Source: an uncultured Aliarcobacter sp.
GTDB lineage: Bacteria; Campylobacterota; Campylobacteria; Campylobacterales; Arcobacteraceae
Reading direction: 5' to 3'
NCBI GenBank assembly: GCA_963664305.2
Contig: CAXXLV010000002.1
Span: 96,001-160,000, forward strand
Length of the DNA: 64,000 bases
Each line of letters starts with the position of its first letter. The stretch's first letter is position 1. Below, piece by piece: positions 61,805 through 64,000 of the stretch. Both the position numbers and the translations under genes were made by a program. Under the pieces are notes generated by a model. The model searched no databases. It worked only from the letters and a program-made list of their open reading frames with translations, and was not told where the DNA came from.

Positions 61805-63106
61805 ATGAGTTTCAAAAAATATCAACAATATCCTATTGTCAAAAATTTCAAAAGAGAGTGGGCAGATAAAACTATAACAGAAGCACCAATTTATTGTAGT
61901 GTAGATTTAAGAGATGGGAATCAAGCTTTGATAAATCCTTTAACAGTTGAGCAGAAATTGGAGTATTTTAAAGTCTTAGTAAAAATGGGATTTAAACAAA
62001 TAGAAGTTAGTTATCCAAGTGCTAGTGATACAGATTTTAATTTCACAAGAAAATTAATCGAAGAGAGTTTTGTGCCTGATGATGTAGCTATTCAAGTTTT
62101 AATTCCTGCAAAAAAAGAGTGGATTAGAAAAAGTGTTGAAGCTATGAAAGATGTAAAAAATGGAATTTTCCATTTATATAATCCAACAAATGAGTTTCAA
62201 AGAAGAGTTGTTTTTCAAAAAAGCGATGATGAGATAATTCAAATGGCTATTGAAGCTATGCAATATTTAGTTGAACTAACAAAGGATTTTAAGGGAAAAG
62301 TAACTTATCAATATTCACCAGAAAGCTTTTCTCAAACTACTTTAGAGTTTGCAGTAAAAATATGTAATGAAGTTATAAATGTAGTAAAACCAACGAAACA
62401 AAATAAGATGATAATAAACTTACCAAATACACTTGAAGCTTGTACAGCAAATGTTTATGCAGATAGAATAGAGTGGATGTGTAAAAATTTACACAATCGT
62501 GAAGCTTTGATAATCAGTGTTCATCCTCATAACGATAGAGGAACTTCTGTGGCAAGTGCAGAGTTAGCTGTACTTGCAGGAGCAGATAAGGTTGAAGGAA
62601 CTTTATTTGGAAATGGGGAGCGAGCAGGGAACTTAGACATAATAAATTTTGCTTTTAATATCTATTCACAAGGGATAGACCCAAAACTTGATTTATCAAT
62701 AATTGATGAGGTAAAAGATATGTATGAAGAAAAAACAGGAATTTTGGTACATCCAAGACATCCATATGTAGGTGATATGATATTTACTGCTTTTAGTGGT
62801 GGACATCAAGATGCTATAAAAAAAGGAATAGATTTTTATAGACAAACAAATAGCCAAAGTTGGAATGTACCATATTTACCAATTGACCCAAAAGATATAA
62901 AAAGAGGATATGAAAAAGTAATACGTGTAAACTCTCAATCAGGAAAAGGAGGAGCAAGTTTTATAATAAGTGAATTTTTAGGCGTGAATATGAATAAAGA
63001 TGAAGCTATAAAATTTGGTTTGGTTATAAAAGAAGAATCTGATAGATTAAAAAGAGAGTTAGATAAAGAAGAAATAATCGAACTATATAAAAAGTTAAAT
63101 AGTTAA
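61805..63106 (+). CDS. leuA: 2-isopropylmalate synthase (LeuA type 2), lacking the C-terminal regulatory domain
   Basis: VDLRDGNQAL, YSPESF, HPHNDRG, GNGERAGN, FSGGHQDAIKKG, PYLPIDP, RVNSQSGKGG; only 433 aa. Confidence 0.88.
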   Translation: MSFKKYQQYPIVKNFKREWADKTITEAPIYCSVDLRDGNQALINPLTVEQKLEYFKVLVKMGFKQIEVSYPSASDTDFNFTRKLIEESFVPDDVAIQVLIPAKKEWIRKSVEAMKDVKNGIFHLYNPTNEFQRRVVFQKSDDEIIQMAIEAMQYLVELTKDFKGKVTYQYSPESFSQTTLEFAVKICNEVINVVKPTKQNKMIINLPNTLEACTANVYADRIEWMCKNLHNREALIISVHPHNDRGTSVASAELAVLAGADKVEGTLFGNGERAGNLDIINFAFNIYSQGIDPKLDLSIIDEVKDMYEEKTGILVHPRHPYVGDMIFTAFSGGHQDAIKKGIDFYRQTNSQSWNVPYLPIDPKDIKRGYEKVIRVNSQSGKGGASFIISEFLGVNMNKDEAIKFGLVIKEESDRLKRELDKEEIIELYKKLNS

Positions 63107-63132
63107 AAGTAAGTTTTAAAACTTACTTTTAA
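63103..63132. repeat. Perfect 30-bp palindrome at the leuA / agmatinase convergent junction (probable bidirectional terminator)
   Basis: TTAAAAGTAAGTTTTAAAACTTACTTTTAA equals its own reverse complement. Confidence 0.85.
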
Positions 63133-63134
63133 TT

Positions 63135-63998
63135 TTATCTATATTCGATTTTCCCTTGACTTGCAAGTAATGCACCACATAATTGGTATAAAACACGTGA
63201 ACCAACATTTGCATCCCAACCATCAGCACTATCGCCAACTTCACAAAGGTCAAATCCTATGATATTTTTTCCAGCTTTTACAACCATAAAGATTAGGTGT
63301 TCTAACTCTCCATATCTCAATCCTCCGGGAACTGGAGTTCCAGTATTTGGACAGTTTAATGGCTCTAAACCATCAATGTCTATTGATAAATAAATATTTT
63401 GAGGAAGTTGATTTATCAATGGAGCAAAAACATCTTCCAAAGATTTTCCACTAGCTAGTTTGGCTTGCATATGCGTATCATATAAACAGTCACCTTTATG
63501 ACCGTAGTTTATCATTCTAGTTGCTTCTTCATTACTATAATCTCTGATTCCAATTTGAATTAAGTTTGAAACATTTTGACATTCATTCATTACATTGTAA
63601 AAAATTGAAGCATGAGAGTAAGTAAAACCTTCATAAGCTTCTCTTAAATCGTGGTGAGCATCAACATGTAAGATTCCAAATGATTCAGTTTGAGTGTCAT
63701 TTAAAGCTTTGATAAGTCCTAGTGGTGATGAGTGGTCTCCTCCTACAACTGCTACAAATTTCCCTTTTTTTATTTGTTCCATTGATTTTTCATAAACTGA
63801 AGAGTTTAGTGTAGCTGATGCTTCATTTACATATTTTAATGCTTTTTCATTTATGTCACCATTTTCAAGTGCATCAATAACTTTTAAAGCTTTTTTTCTT
63901 GCTTTGTTACTTAGTTTATGTAAACTTTTATCAGTCTCTAACATAGCAATACCAGCAGTATATGGCTTGATATAATGAAAGTTTTCAACATCAAGTTG
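63135..63998 (-). CDS. Agmatinase/arginase-family ureohydrolase; 5' end lies outside the window
   Basis: GGDHS, HVDAHHD, SHAS, SIDIDGL, TGTPVPGG, DLCEV. Frame remains open from 63944 to the window edge (QLDVENFHYIKPYTAGIA). Confidence 0.9.
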   Translation of the reverse strand, partial: QLDVENFHYIKPYTAGIAMLETDKSLHKLSNKARKKALKVIDALENGDINEKALKYVNEASATLNSSVYEKSMEQIKKGKFVAVVGGDHSSPLGLIKALNDTQTESFGILHVDAHHDLREAYEGFTYSHASIFYNVMNECQNVSNLIQIGIRDYSNEEATRMINYGHKGDCLYDTHMQAKLASGKSLEDVFAPLINQLPQNIYLSIDIDGLEPLNCPNTGTPVPGGLRYGELEHLIFMVVKAGKNIIGFDLCEVGDSADGWDANVGSRVLYQLCGALLASQGKIEYR

Positions 63999-64000
63999 GT

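Noticed and set aside
63189..63204. CACGTGAA core resembling a parS site
   Set aside because: Four mismatches to TGTTNCACGTGAAACA, not palindromic, and inside a coding sequence.

Overview
AT-rich bacterial chromosomal DNA. Gene content and order point to Campylobacterota, most likely Arcobacteraceae (inference from synteny and protein style, not a database result). Most of the window is housekeeping backbone: clpB, rpmH-rnpA-yidD-yidC-jag-mnmE, aroC-rnc, dnaG, then rplU-rpmA-obgE-proB-fmt-birA-parA-parB-atpF'FHAGDC-tolQRAB-pal-cpoB-slyD-fabD-mtnN. Accessory signalling and metabolic modules are interspersed. I found no rRNA, tRNA, CRISPR array, transposase or phage gene. The best candidate for an undescribed system is 54.76-60.15 kb: an adenosylcobalamin-type riboswitch controls a three-gene unit. 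The unit encodes a 1450-aa CobN/ChlH-family chelatase with a signal peptide and C-terminal membrane anchor, plus a MotA/TolQ/ExbB-like protein and a small ExbD-like (DUF2149-type) protein, with no ATPase subunit. This suggests a periplasmic, proton-motive-force-driven tetrapyrrole (de)chelatase for cobalt or corrinoid salvage. Other notable points: rnpA (missed by the ORF track) lacks a usable ATG/GTG/TTG start and contains an internal terminator; a solute-binding-protein gene is frameshifted in an A7 tract; a receiver-pseudokinase lacks its phospho-His; dnaG and birA look leaderless; rnhA is absent from its usual slot; a DPSL ferritin is inserted between tolB and pal; an Asp/Asn utilisation cluster has a candidate operator; an orphan gene has a sigma54-type promoter; and a regulatory-domain-less leuA has a candidate leader peptide.
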